Shown here: positions 19,663 through 28,296 of the stretch, piece after piece
Numbering within the stretch: position 1 is the first letter of the stretch
Layout: the number at the start of each line of letters is the position of its first letter
Assembly: GCA_963792965.1 (NCBI GenBank)
Contig: CAWBYW010000030.1
Span: forward strand, 3,695 to 67,694
DNA length: 64,000 nt
Direction: 5' to 3'
Source: an uncultured delta proteobacterium
Lineage (GTDB): Bacteria > Desulfobacterota > Zymogenia > Zymogenales > Zymogenaceae
Made by a program: the position numbers and the translations under genes
The notes under the pieces: generated by a model
Databases searched by the model: none
Told to the model about the DNA's origin: nothing
What the model saw: only the letters and a program-made list of their open reading frames with translations

Positions 19663-21366
19663 TCAGAGCATTCCCCGCAGCTCTTTCTTGAGCACCTTCC
19701 CCGCCATATTTACCGGCAGCGTCTCCAGAAAACGCACCTCCCGGATCTGTTTATACGGCGCCACCGTCGAGTTCACAAAGGCCTTGATCTCCTCGGCCGT
19801 CGCCTCCTGACCCGGCCGAAGCTGGACGAATGCGAGCGGGATCTCGCCCCCCTTCTCGTCGGGCTTTCCCACCACCGCGCACTGGAGCACCTTCGGGTGG
19901 GTGAAGAGGATTTCTTCGAGCTCCCGGGGATAGACGTTATAGCCCTTGTAGATGATCATGTCTTTTTTCCGGTCGGTGATGAAGATATATCCGTCCTGGT
20001 CCTCATACCCCACGTCCCCCGAGTGCACCCACCCGTCAATGAGCGTCCCCGCGGTCTCATCCGGCCGGTTCCAGTACCCCTGCATGCACTGGGGCCCCCT
20101 GATGCAGATCTCCCCGACGTTTCCGGGAGAGAGAGGGACGCCGGTCGCCAGGTCCACGATCGAAATCTCCGTATCGGTGACCGGTATGCCGACCGAGCCC
20201 ACTTTTATGGCTTCCCGGACCCCGGGGTTGGCCGCGGCGATGCACGTGACCTCCGTCATCCCGTATCCCTCGGTTACCACGCCGGGGAACGCATCCATCA
20301 TCCGCCTCATGACCGCCTCCGGCAGCGGCGCGGCGCCCGAGATGATCGCCCTGACCGAAGAAAGGTCGGTCTTTGCGAATTCCGGGTGGTCGATCATCGG
20401 GATGAAGAGCTGCGGCGCCCCGCCGATGACCTCGGCCTTATACTTCTCGATCGAGTGGATAAAGGGGCCCGGGTCGAACCTCGGGAAGAGGATCATCGTA
20501 TGGCCGGCGTAGACCTGGAGGTTGAGGTAGGCGATCGTCCCGAAGACATGAAACCAGGGAACCACAACAAGGGTTGTCATCCTGGCCTTCATGAAAAGCT
20601 GAGAGTCGGGTCCGACCTCCGAAAGGTCGGGAGAAAGTGGCTCGCCTTGCCCGGCAGGCTTGCCGCCCGTGTAGAAGTGAAAACACTGCAGGACGTTCGT
20701 CACGACGTTGTAGTGGGTAAGCATGACCCCCTTGGAGAGGCCCGTGGTGCCGCCGGTATAGGCCAGGTGCGCGAGGTCATTCTTCGGGTCGATCGGCTCG
20801 TTGACGGGCTCGGGGCTTCCCTCTGCGACAAGCACGGTGAAATCCTCTCCCTGCTCGATGGGTAGCTTCCTGAGCGGCTTGACCCAGATGGAAAGCGGCG
20901 GGTAGTTATCCGCGAGGCTCGATACGATGAGGTTCTTGATCTCTATCTTCGGCAGCACGGCCTTTACCGTGGCGAAGAAGAGGTCGGTGGTAATAAGGGT
21001 CGTCGGCGCGGCGTCGGAGAGCTGGTATAAGAGCTCCCGCTCCGTCAACAGCGGGGAGCAGGGGACGAAAATTGCACCGAGCTTCATCGTGGCATAATAG
21101 GCGATCGCAAACTGCGGACTGTTCAGCAGATGGATCGCCACCCGATCTCCCTTTTTCACCCCCCGGGCCCTGAGGGCGTTGGCGAACCGGTGCACCAGAT
21201 CCAGGAACTCGCGATAGGTGATTTCCGTTCCTGAAAATCGCATCGCGACGGTGTCGGGCTGCCTGGCTGCAGCCGCGTTGAGGAGCTCGTAGATGGGCGC
21301 CTCCGGGTAGTCGAGGGTGCGGTGTACTCCCTTGGGCCATTTTGAGAAATGTCTTTTTTCTTTCAT
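19663..21366 (-). CDS. AMP-dependent acyl-CoA synthetase/ligase, tandem paralog of 17874..19586
   Basis: Motifs are LAYTGGTTGLSKGVMLTH, GYGMTE and HSGDVGYEDQDGYIFITDRKKDMIIYKGYNVYPRELEE. The likely start is ATG 21366. Confidence 0.85.
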   Translation of the reverse strand: MKEKRHFSKWPKGVHRTLDYPEAPIYELLNAAAARQPDTVAMRFSGTEITYREFLDLVHRFANALRARGVKKGDRVAIHLLNSPQFAIAYYATMKLGAIFVPCSPLLTERELLYQLSDAAPTTLITTDLFFATVKAVLPKIEIKNLIVSSLADNYPPLSIWVKPLRKLPIEQGEDFTVLVAEGSPEPVNEPIDPKNDLAHLAYTGGTTGLSKGVMLTHYNVVTNVLQCFHFYTGGKPAGQGEPLSPDLSEVGPDSQLFMKARMTTLVVVPWFHVFGTIAYLNLQVYAGHTMILFPRFDPGPFIHSIEKYKAEVIGGAPQLFIPMIDHPEFAKTDLSSVRAIISGAAPLPEAVMRRMMDAFPGVVTEGYGMTEVTCIAAANPGVREAIKVGSVGIPVTDTEISIVDLATGVPLSPGNVGEICIRGPQCMQGYWNRPDETAGTLIDGWVHSGDVGYEDQDGYIFITDRKKDMIIYKGYNVYPRELEEILFTHPKVLQCAVVGKPDEKGGEIPLAFVQLRPGQEATAEEIKAFVNSTVAPYKQIREVRFLETLPVNMAGKVLKKELRGML

Positions 21367-21422
21367 ATGTATCCCCCCATGCTCCGGCGTGCCCTCACGG
21401 TCCGCCCCCGGCCTTTTTTGCG

Positions 21423-22676
21423 TCACAATCCCGATGAGCCCGGCCCTTTTTGTGAAAGTACCCTGAATCTCTTCTCCCAATCGATCCGCCCGGTCATCTG
21501 CATCACAACAAAGAGTGTCACGATCGAGGCGACCGTGATGATGAGCCCCGTGTACCCCTTGAAGAAGAAGGAGTAGGAAAAGAGGATAAGGTAGACAAGC
21601 TGTGAAAGCCCCGCCTCAAAGAGGGCAAAGCGCATCCCCACCACGAGCCGGAGGTAGCTGATCACGAGAAACAGCGAGACGATCGCCGAGATCAGAAACG
21701 AGAGATGGATGTCCAGGTGGTCGACGAGGTACGCCATGAGGAGGTGGAAGGCAAAAAACGCGCAGGCCAGGAAGAAGTAATTCATCGGGTGGATGTTGAT
21801 TTCCCTGAGCGTGGTGATGATGAAGATGATGAAGAAGAAAAAGAGGAGCGATACCGGGGCAAAGAAGGTCATACGCTCGGCCATCGGCCCAGGATTGACC
21901 CTCTTGGGCATGACGATCCCGATGTGGCCTCCGGTGATCCGTTTTGTGAAGGCCCACACCAGCGTCTCCCCGTCTTTCGACTCCTCTTTGGTCGTGGGGG
22001 ATATCGTCTCGGCGGGAAAATCGACGCCGGGAAACGCCGTCGTCACCTTCATGGTAAAATTCCTGACTTCCTCAACGGGCGAGTCCCCGAAGTAGTAGTG
22101 CCACTCGTCCAGCCCCCGCGATACGTAGGCCACCCTGAACTCGGCCCCACGATTCGGGGGAAGCGCCAGGTCGGTCACGACACCTTTGTCGGTCCAGGTC
22201 AGTTTCTTCACCTCTTTCCCGTCGATATAGATGTGGAAGTCGTCGTATTCGGCATTTGTCGCCGGAAGCGCGTGCGTGACCCGAAGGACGATCTCGCGCG
22301 GGGTATCGTTGAGGACACGATAGGTCCCGTCGAACGCTACTACGTAAGTGGAGTACCAGAGGAGGCCCTTCTTTCGGTAGTCAAGGGTAAAGTGTGCGGA
22401 AATATCCGTTTTTTCAATCGGGAGATGAGCGGCGACAACGACCTTTTCCTTCCTCGTCTTTTTGGTTTTTTCGTCAATCGTGTCCGTCAGTACCGTGGTG
22501 GAATAGGAGAAGTCGGGCGGATGAATATACTGGATGTTTCCCCAGAGCTCGGCCACTTCTCCCTCGAGCGCCTCATCGGTATTGGCCGTCCTGAACTGAA
22601 TGGATGTCCCGAGGATTACCCACGCAACGCCCGTGCAGAAAAAAATAAAGATGATCGCCGCGATCTTTCTTGCCAT
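21423..22676 (-). CDS. creD: Cell envelope integrity inner-membrane protein CreD
   Basis: 417 aa with an N-terminal TM helix, a roughly 270-aa extracytoplasmic domain and a C-terminal multi-TM block. IHPMNYFFLACAFFAFHLLMAYLVDHL and MQMTGRIDWEK parallel E. coli CreD LHPMQYLLVGLS...SEH and TRNIDWY. Confidence 0.75.
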   Translation of the reverse strand: MARKIAAIIFIFFCTGVAWVILGTSIQFRTANTDEALEGEVAELWGNIQYIHPPDFSYSTTVLTDTIDEKTKKTRKEKVVVAAHLPIEKTDISAHFTLDYRKKGLLWYSTYVVAFDGTYRVLNDTPREIVLRVTHALPATNAEYDDFHIYIDGKEVKKLTWTDKGVVTDLALPPNRGAEFRVAYVSRGLDEWHYYFGDSPVEEVRNFTMKVTTAFPGVDFPAETISPTTKEESKDGETLVWAFTKRITGGHIGIVMPKRVNPGPMAERMTFFAPVSLLFFFFIIFIITTLREINIHPMNYFFLACAFFAFHLLMAYLVDHLDIHLSFLISAIVSLFLVISYLRLVVGMRFALFEAGLSQLVYLILFSYSFFFKGYTGLIITVASIVTLFVVMQMTGRIDWEKRFRVLSQKGPGSSGL

Positions 22677-22682
22677 TCGGAC

Positions 22683-22724
22683 CCTCCGTTTAAGATGTCT
22701 CCGATACTGACATCAAAACGGAGG
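22683..22724 (-). promoter_or_regulatory. Shine-Dalgarno-sequestering hairpin in the creD 5' leader
   Basis: The minus-strand RNA reads CCUCCGUUU-U-GAUGUC-(9 nt)-GACAUC-UU-AAACGGAGG-GUCCGA-AUG. The 3' arm contains the GGAGG Shine-Dalgarno sequence 5 nt before ATG 22676. There are 9+6 bp of perfect pairing. Confidence 0.4.
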
Positions 22725-22809
22725 ATCGGTTCCGGGGCCACCCGACGGAGACTGGGTCTTCTCCGTTCTCCGCGCACGCGCGTGAAAAGGCACGCCTTGG
22801 CTTACCGAC

Positions 22810-23889
22810 CTATACGAATTTCCCCCGGGCGGCGATCTCCCACTCGCCTTCGACGACATCCCCGCGCATGGCGTAAAATTTGTCGTGGAGGTTGATGGTG
22901 GTACAGCCGTGGGTGGGGACGAGCTCGATTTTGTCGCCGATCTTCACCTTGGCGCCCGCGGGTAACGTCATATGTCCATGCTCTTCGGAGAGCGACGAGA
23001 TTGTCGCCCCCTCCACCCCGAGGACCTGCGCCAGGCCGAATTCGTGCGTAAGTGACTTCATGCCGCAATCGAGTATCGCGTGGTCGCCGTGGACGGCGAT
23101 GACCGTCGTGAGCATCGTCAACGCCTGTGCAAAGCCGAGGTTCAGGTACCCGTAGGTGACGTCCATCGTCAGGTAGGAGCCCGCCTGGATCTCGGTGATG
23201 CCGTCCACCTTTGAGGACATGTCATAGGTGCCCGTCCCGCCCCCGGATACGATTGTAACCGGCAAACCCGCCTTTTCCAGCGCCTTCCTCACGTCCACGA
23301 GCGCCCCCATACACTCACGGGCGTTCTTCTCGCGCTCGGCCCTCTCGAAGGTGAAGATGATGTGGCCCTCGTAGCCCATGATCCCGGCAAACTCGATATT
23401 CTTCATCTTCTTCATCTTTGTGGCCAGCGCGATCGCCTCGTCGGCCGACTTCACGCCGCAGCGGTGCATCCCGACGTCGACCTCGATGACAACCTTCAAC
23501 ACTTTGTCTCTCGATTCGGCGGCCGCCGCGAGTTCCATGAGGTTTCCCTCATCCTCCACGGCCACCTTGACGTCGGCGATATTCAACAGATCCAGGAGGC
23601 GCCTGATCTTTCTTGCACCCACGACCTGGTTTGCGATGAGGATGTCGGCGATGCCTCCTCTCGCCATTACCTCGGCCTCGCCCACCTTGGCGCAGGTCAC
23701 CCCGATGGCGCCCGCCCGTACCTGCTTTCCGGCGAGGACGGGGCATTTGTGGGTTTTAATGTGCGGCCTGAGGTCGGCCTTCACCGTTTTGAAGAAGTCG
23801 GCTGCCTTTTTCAGATTGAACTCGATCTTGTCCAGATCAAGGAGGAGCGCCGGGGTGTCGATATACTGTTTTTCGTTCTTGATTCGCAT
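22810..23889 (-). CDS. DSD1 / D-threonine-aldolase-type PLP enzyme (alanine racemase N-terminal fold)
   Basis: 359 aa with ADLRPHIKTHKCP (PLP-lysine context). The overall pattern matches D-serine dehydratase-like/D-TA family proteins. Its start abuts the permease stop (23889/23890). Confidence 0.65.
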   Translation of the reverse strand: MRIKNEKQYIDTPALLLDLDKIEFNLKKAADFFKTVKADLRPHIKTHKCPVLAGKQVRAGAIGVTCAKVGEAEVMARGGIADILIANQVVGARKIRRLLDLLNIADVKVAVEDEGNLMELAAAAESRDKVLKVVIEVDVGMHRCGVKSADEAIALATKMKKMKNIEFAGIMGYEGHIIFTFERAEREKNARECMGALVDVRKALEKAGLPVTIVSGGGTGTYDMSSKVDGITEIQAGSYLTMDVTYGYLNLGFAQALTMLTTVIAVHGDHAILDCGMKSLTHEFGLAQVLGVEGATISSLSEEHGHMTLPAGAKVKIGDKIELVPTHGCTTINLHDKFYAMRGDVVEGEWEIAARGKFV

Positions 23890-25257
23890 CTATTTCTCCT
23901 CATAGCCGGGGATCTTCTTGAAGATACCCGCAAAGTCAATTCCACTTTTCTGCATCCACCACTTTCTGGCAAGGTAGTAGAGGATAACCACAACCCCCCA
24001 TCCGGCCAGCAGGAGGGGCAGTACGCGCAACTGGAGGACGATAAACGCGAGAAATATGACCGAGGCGACGATAGCGGCCCAGGAGAAGAAGGTGAGCCAC
24101 TTTCTGCCGATCTTGAACGGCGCCTTCTCGTATCGGTCGGGGAAACGCTTCGGGAGCATCAAACAGGCAGCGGCAATGGTAAGGTTAGTGACCAGGAGCG
24201 CACCAACTGCCAAGAACCCATAGAAATCAAGGCTCTGGTTGAACAGTAAAAGCCCTACGAACAGCGGGAAGACCACGAGGACCGCCCAGAGGGGCGTCCT
24301 GTTTTTCTTGGTCAGGTACTTGAAAACGGCCGGGACCATGTTGTCCCTCCCCTGCGCGAAGATCTCCCGGGGCATGGCCATGATCCCCGCGTTGATTGCC
24401 GTGATTCCCGCCCCCAGGGCGCCAAGGTTCAGGAAGTGGACGGCCCACTTCGGCAGGAAGAGCCCTCCGGCGTAGGCCAGCGGCGCAGGGAGAGTCTTGA
24501 GCATCTCCGGGTGATACCCCATAATCAGGTTGAACGTTACCGCCACTGAAAGATAGACGACGAAGATGATCACGGCCGAGATGGCGACGGACAGCGGGAT
24601 ATTTCTTTTGGGGTTATTCATCTCCTCGCCGACCTCGGCGATTACCGTGAAGCCGATGTAGGAGTAGTAGCAGAGGACCGAGCACAGGGCCAGCCCCCCC
24701 AGCCCGCCGGCAAGGAACGGCACCGCCGTCAGATCGGCCCGCGGCGCCCAGAAGAAACCCCAGACCGCAAACATGAGGAGCGCGATGACCTTGAGCACAA
24801 CGATGATGATCTGGACCATCTCCGCAAACAACAGGCCGAGGGCATTGATGATGACCAGAACGCCCACGAGTACAATCGTGACGATGAGCTCATTGACGGG
24901 CGGAGTGAGATAGAGATTGATATATTTGGCGATGCCCAGCCCCACCGTGCAGAGGGCCCCGACGATGGCAAGGCAGATGAACCACGAGGTGATGATTCCC
25001 CAGAACGGCCCGAGGATACGGGAGGTAAGGACGTATCCACCGCCGGAACGGGGTATGCTGCTGCTGAGCTGGGAGACGGTCACCGCGTTGAGGGCGGCGA
25101 CGACCAGGGCAAAGAAGAACGCCAGCGGCAGCGACGGACCGGTCAGGGAGGCCATCGAGTTGATCAGCACAAAAATCGACATACCGATGACGCTCCCCAC
25201 CGTGATGGCCACGGCACCGGTGAGGCTGACCGTCCTCTTGAGTTTCGTTTCTTCCAT
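23890..25257 (-). CDS. APC superfamily amino-acid permease
   Basis: About 12 TM segments. The likely start is MEETKLKRTVSLTGAVAITVGSVIG (ATG 25257); the listed ORF extends to 25341. Confidence 0.8.
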   Translation of the reverse strand: MEETKLKRTVSLTGAVAITVGSVIGMSIFVLINSMASLTGPSLPLAFFFALVVAALNAVTVSQLSSSIPRSGGGYVLTSRILGPFWGIITSWFICLAIVGALCTVGLGIAKYINLYLTPPVNELIVTIVLVGVLVIINALGLLFAEMVQIIIVVLKVIALLMFAVWGFFWAPRADLTAVPFLAGGLGGLALCSVLCYYSYIGFTVIAEVGEEMNNPKRNIPLSVAISAVIIFVVYLSVAVTFNLIMGYHPEMLKTLPAPLAYAGGLFLPKWAVHFLNLGALGAGITAINAGIMAMPREIFAQGRDNMVPAVFKYLTKKNRTPLWAVLVVFPLFVGLLLFNQSLDFYGFLAVGALLVTNLTIAAACLMLPKRFPDRYEKAPFKIGRKWLTFFSWAAIVASVIFLAFIVLQLRVLPLLLAGWGVVVILYYLARKWWMQKSGIDFAGIFKKIPGYEEK

Positions 25258-25375
25258 GGTAAAACCTCTCCGAAGTAGGTAAAACGATCTATGAAAGAAG
25301 GCGAGATGCAGACATATTAATCTGCCCGGCGGGAAAGTCAAGGATATATTTTTCTCTTTTCCGGCTGCATCCCCC

Positions 25376-25404
25376 TTGTTTTTGAATCGTCATGGATGTA
25401 GTAT
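25376..25404 (+). promoter_or_regulatory. Sigma-70-type promoter candidate for trxA
   Basis: TTGTTT (25376-25381), a 17-nt spacer, then TAGTAT (25399-25404). Confidence 0.45.
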
Positions 25405-25439
25405 CATCTATGTAAGTAAATTGCGGAGGTATGAAAATT

Positions 25440-25769
25440 ATGGCTTCAGACAAGGTAAAAGAGATAAGCGACACGAGTTTCAAGAAAGAGGTCATCGATT
25501 CCGATAAGCTGACCCTCGTCGACTTCTGGGCGCCCTGGTGCATGCCGTGCAAGGCCATCGCACCGGTGATCGAGGAGCTTGCCTCGACCTACGATGGGAA
25601 GGTGAAGTTTGCCAAGCTCAACGTGGACGATAACCCTGCGACTGCGTCGTCCTACGGCGTCCGGGGTATTCCCACTATGATCCTCTTCAAGAACGGCTCG
25701 GTGGTGGATCAGATCGTCGGGGCCGTTCCTAAGGCCGAGCTCGAAAAAGCCATCGGAAAATCTCTGTAA
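25440..25769 (+). CDS. trxA: Thioredoxin (active site WCMPC)
   Basis: Shows VDFWAPWCMPCKAIAP and GIPTMILFKNG (cis-Pro loop). ATG 25440 lies 10 nt after GGAGG, whereas the listed ATG 25431 is only 1 nt after it. Confidence 0.9.
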   Translation: MASDKVKEISDTSFKKEVIDSDKLTLVDFWAPWCMPCKAIAPVIEELASTYDGKVKFAKLNVDDNPATASSYGVRGIPTMILFKNGSVVDQIVGAVPKAELEKAIGKSL

Positions 25770-25846
25770 GAAAACGGGGAGCCCATGAGACCCTTTCCCC
25801 CGCGCATGTCGCGACGTGGATGGGTCGACGTTCTTTCTCTTTGTGC

Positions 25847-25868
25847 GGGGCGCGAAATCTCGCGCCCC
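25847..25868. terminator. Perfect 9-bp GC hairpin between the convergent trxA and CPBP genes (no U tract)
   Basis: The sequence is ggggcgcga-aatc-tcgcgcccc. Confidence 0.35.
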
Positions 25869-25874
25869 CACGTG

Positions 25875-26804
25875 TCATTTGCGTGCCGGAATCTCCGGTG
25901 TACCCGCAATCGATCCCCTGCTTACGTACCGATCATAGATGAATAGGAGGGCGGCGGCCACAGCCGAGGCGATGGCACCCGCGGCCCCCGGAAGGCCCGT
26001 GGTCAGATCGCTCCCGCCGGCGATCAGGATGATCGCCACCCCCGCCATCGCGTTATAGGTGCCGTGCATCACGGCCGCAGCTATCACCGATTGAGCCCGT
26101 ATCCGCACGTAGCTGAAGACGATCCCCAAAAAGACGCAGTTGACCGTCCAGAGGAAGACGCCGGGGACGGGGTGCTCGGGATAGTTGTGCCCCATCAGGA
26201 TGAGGGGGAGATGCCAGACGCCCCAGATGAACCCGATGAGGGCCGACGAGCGCCAGAACCCGAGCATTGAGAGCTCCTTCTGCAAGAATCCACGCCAGCC
26301 GAGCTCCTCGCCGAAACCGGCCAGGGCGTTGAGGGTCGGGCCGAAGATCAGCCCCGAGATAAGCGAGAGCCAGACCGGGTGTATCGGCAGCAGCGCCTGT
26401 TGTCTTTTGATCGCCTCAATCTGCTCGGGGGTGAAGACCTTTCTGAAATGCTCGTAGATCCCCGCCATCTCCGGCGAATATGAGACTCCGGAGAAAAGGA
26501 GGCTTATCCCGAAGGCGCCGAACGCCAGCGCTGGGGGGATGAGCCAGGCCGCCAGCCACCACGTGTTGATCCGGAAGGATACCCCGAGGGGCCCCTTGAT
26601 GGGCTCGTGATAGATATATTTCTGAACAACGATCGCCATGATCATCGGGACGAACATATAGCAAAGCGCCATGAAGACCGCCGGCGTCGTGTTCAGCCTT
26701 CCACCCAGGAGATAGAAGAGCCCTGCCAGCAGCCAGTCAACCCCAAAGGTAAGGCCGAGGAAAAGCCAGATTTTCTTCGTGCGTAACGTATCGGGCATGA
26801 GCAC
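25875..26804 (-). CDS. CPBP family intramembrane glutamic endopeptidase (CAAX protease/Abi family)
   Basis: Motifs are EELGWRGFL, FIWGVWHLP and MHGTYN in a polytopic membrane protein. Confidence 0.8.
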   Translation of the reverse strand: MLMPDTLRTKKIWLFLGLTFGVDWLLAGLFYLLGGRLNTTPAVFMALCYMFVPMIMAIVVQKYIYHEPIKGPLGVSFRINTWWLAAWLIPPALAFGAFGISLLFSGVSYSPEMAGIYEHFRKVFTPEQIEAIKRQQALLPIHPVWLSLISGLIFGPTLNALAGFGEELGWRGFLQKELSMLGFWRSSALIGFIWGVWHLPLILMGHNYPEHPVPGVFLWTVNCVFLGIVFSYVRIRAQSVIAAAVMHGTYNAMAGVAIILIAGGSDLTTGLPGAAGAIASAVAAALLFIYDRYVSRGSIAGTPEIPARK

Positions 26805-26863
26805 CTCCGAAAGACTCAGTCGTTTTCAGCCGGCCATCTCGTCCCGGCTTGAAGACCCGCGTC

Positions 26864-27604
26864 TCAGGCGAAGATCTTCTTAAAGCTATAGCCGCTCAAC
26901 GAAACCAGAACGAGAGCCGGGGCGTAGAAGATCCAGGTGATATACGTGGCAAAGACCCTCAATTCCCCGGCGGGAAGCGACCGATAGAAACCCACGCAGA
27001 CGTCGCTCAAAAAGAAACAGAGCACGCCCACGGCGATCATCCAGACGTTGGGCCTGGGGAAATAGGCGATCCTCAGCGCCGCCAGGGCCGACCAGAGCGA
27101 AGCTCCGATGATCAGAGCATACCCGGTCAGGACCGAGAAATAAGGAATGTTTCCCTTCAGCATCGGATGGAATACGACGAACATCGCTGCGAGGCAGAGC
27201 GCGAGAATCGCTCCGAGGAGGACCAACAGCCCCCCTTTTTTCGCGTAGGCCCGCATCCCGGCCGCGTGTCTCCTCACGAGCACGAGGTGGGCGGCGGCAA
27301 AGGCAAAAACCCCGACAACCGAATGGACGTTAAAGAAGAAAATGATGTCACCCAAGACGATCAGGCTATAGGCCGTCACAAGTCGGCGGGTGTCGCTCGT
27401 CTCGATTCCGTCCCTCCCTATCATCCAGGCCAGGAGGGCACAGAGGAGCGTAACGGGGAATTTCATGAAGCGGGAATAGAGCTCGGGATTGGCGAGGTCG
27501 GCCGTCCCCATGAAAAAGAGCGTCCAGTCGTGCCCGGAGAAGAGGCCGAAGAGAAAAACGATAACGGCAAAGACAATGATGACGAAGAGAGCCTTCCCTT
27601 TCAT
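26864..27604 (-). CDS. YhhN-family membrane protein (lysoplasmalogenase-like)
   Basis: 246 aa with about 8 TM segments. The segments LIVLGDIIFF and FFLSDVCVGFYR resemble YhhN signatures. Confidence 0.5.
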   Translation of the reverse strand: MKGKALFVIIVFAVIVFLFGLFSGHDWTLFFMGTADLANPELYSRFMKFPVTLLCALLAWMIGRDGIETSDTRRLVTAYSLIVLGDIIFFFNVHSVVGVFAFAAAHLVLVRRHAAGMRAYAKKGGLLVLLGAILALCLAAMFVVFHPMLKGNIPYFSVLTGYALIIGASLWSALAALRIAYFPRPNVWMIAVGVLCFFLSDVCVGFYRSLPAGELRVFATYITWIFYAPALVLVSLSGYSFKKIFA

Positions 27605-27710
27605 CGTGTCGTCCCTCTGAAATGTGTCTGCGCCCTCGCCGGGGTATGTTCGAGAGATACGGCGACTGTTTCTCGCTCACTGAGCCGGTACGTCGTTGGG
27701 TCTTCACCCC

Positions 27711-28184
27711 CTATTTTTTCACACGCTCGATGAGCGAGCTGGTGGACGCGCCGGGCGTGAAAGTGGCCCGCACCACCCGTCCTCCCCACGACATGACCTC
27801 TTTGGCCCCCACGATATCTTCCTGTTTCCAGTCCTCGCCCTTTACCAGGACGTCCGGCCTGAGGGCCGTGATCAGATCGATCGGGGTCGGCTCGTCGAAA
27901 ATCACCACGTAATCGACATCGCGCAGCGAAGCGAGGATCTCCGCGCGATCCTCCTGGCGCTGCACGGGGCGATCCGGTCCCTTGAGGGATCTGACCGACC
28001 GGTCCGAGTTGAGCCCGACGACAAGGAGGTCCCCCTCCCGCCGTGCCTGCGCAAGGTATCGCACGTGTCCGACGTGCAACAGGTCAAAGCAGCCGTTGGT
28101 AAAGACGACGGCCCGGCCCCTTTTCTTCTGTGCCTCAACGACCGGTATCAGGTCGTGAAGCTCATAGATCCGTTGAATATCCAT
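27711..28184 (-). CDS. hldC: D-glycero-beta-D-manno-heptose 1-phosphate adenylyltransferase (stand-alone RfaE domain II)
   Basis: VVFTNGCFDLLHVGHVRYL is the cytidylyltransferase HxGH motif. VVGLNSDRSVRSLKGPDRPV and DVLVKGEDW are also present. Confidence 0.85.
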   Translation of the reverse strand: MDIQRIYELHDLIPVVEAQKKRGRAVVFTNGCFDLLHVGHVRYLAQARREGDLLVVGLNSDRSVRSLKGPDRPVQRQEDRAEILASLRDVDYVVIFDEPTPIDLITALRPDVLVKGEDWKQEDIVGAKEVMSWGGRVVRATFTPGASTSSLIERVKK

Positions 28185-28296
28185 TGCACGTCCTCGTGTC
28201 GCGTCTCCCCGGCGAGTCGAAATGACAGATCGTTGTCGGTGCTCGGCGATATTCCGTCTTCACCGACCGGGCCACGGAAAAACGTTCCCCCGGACG

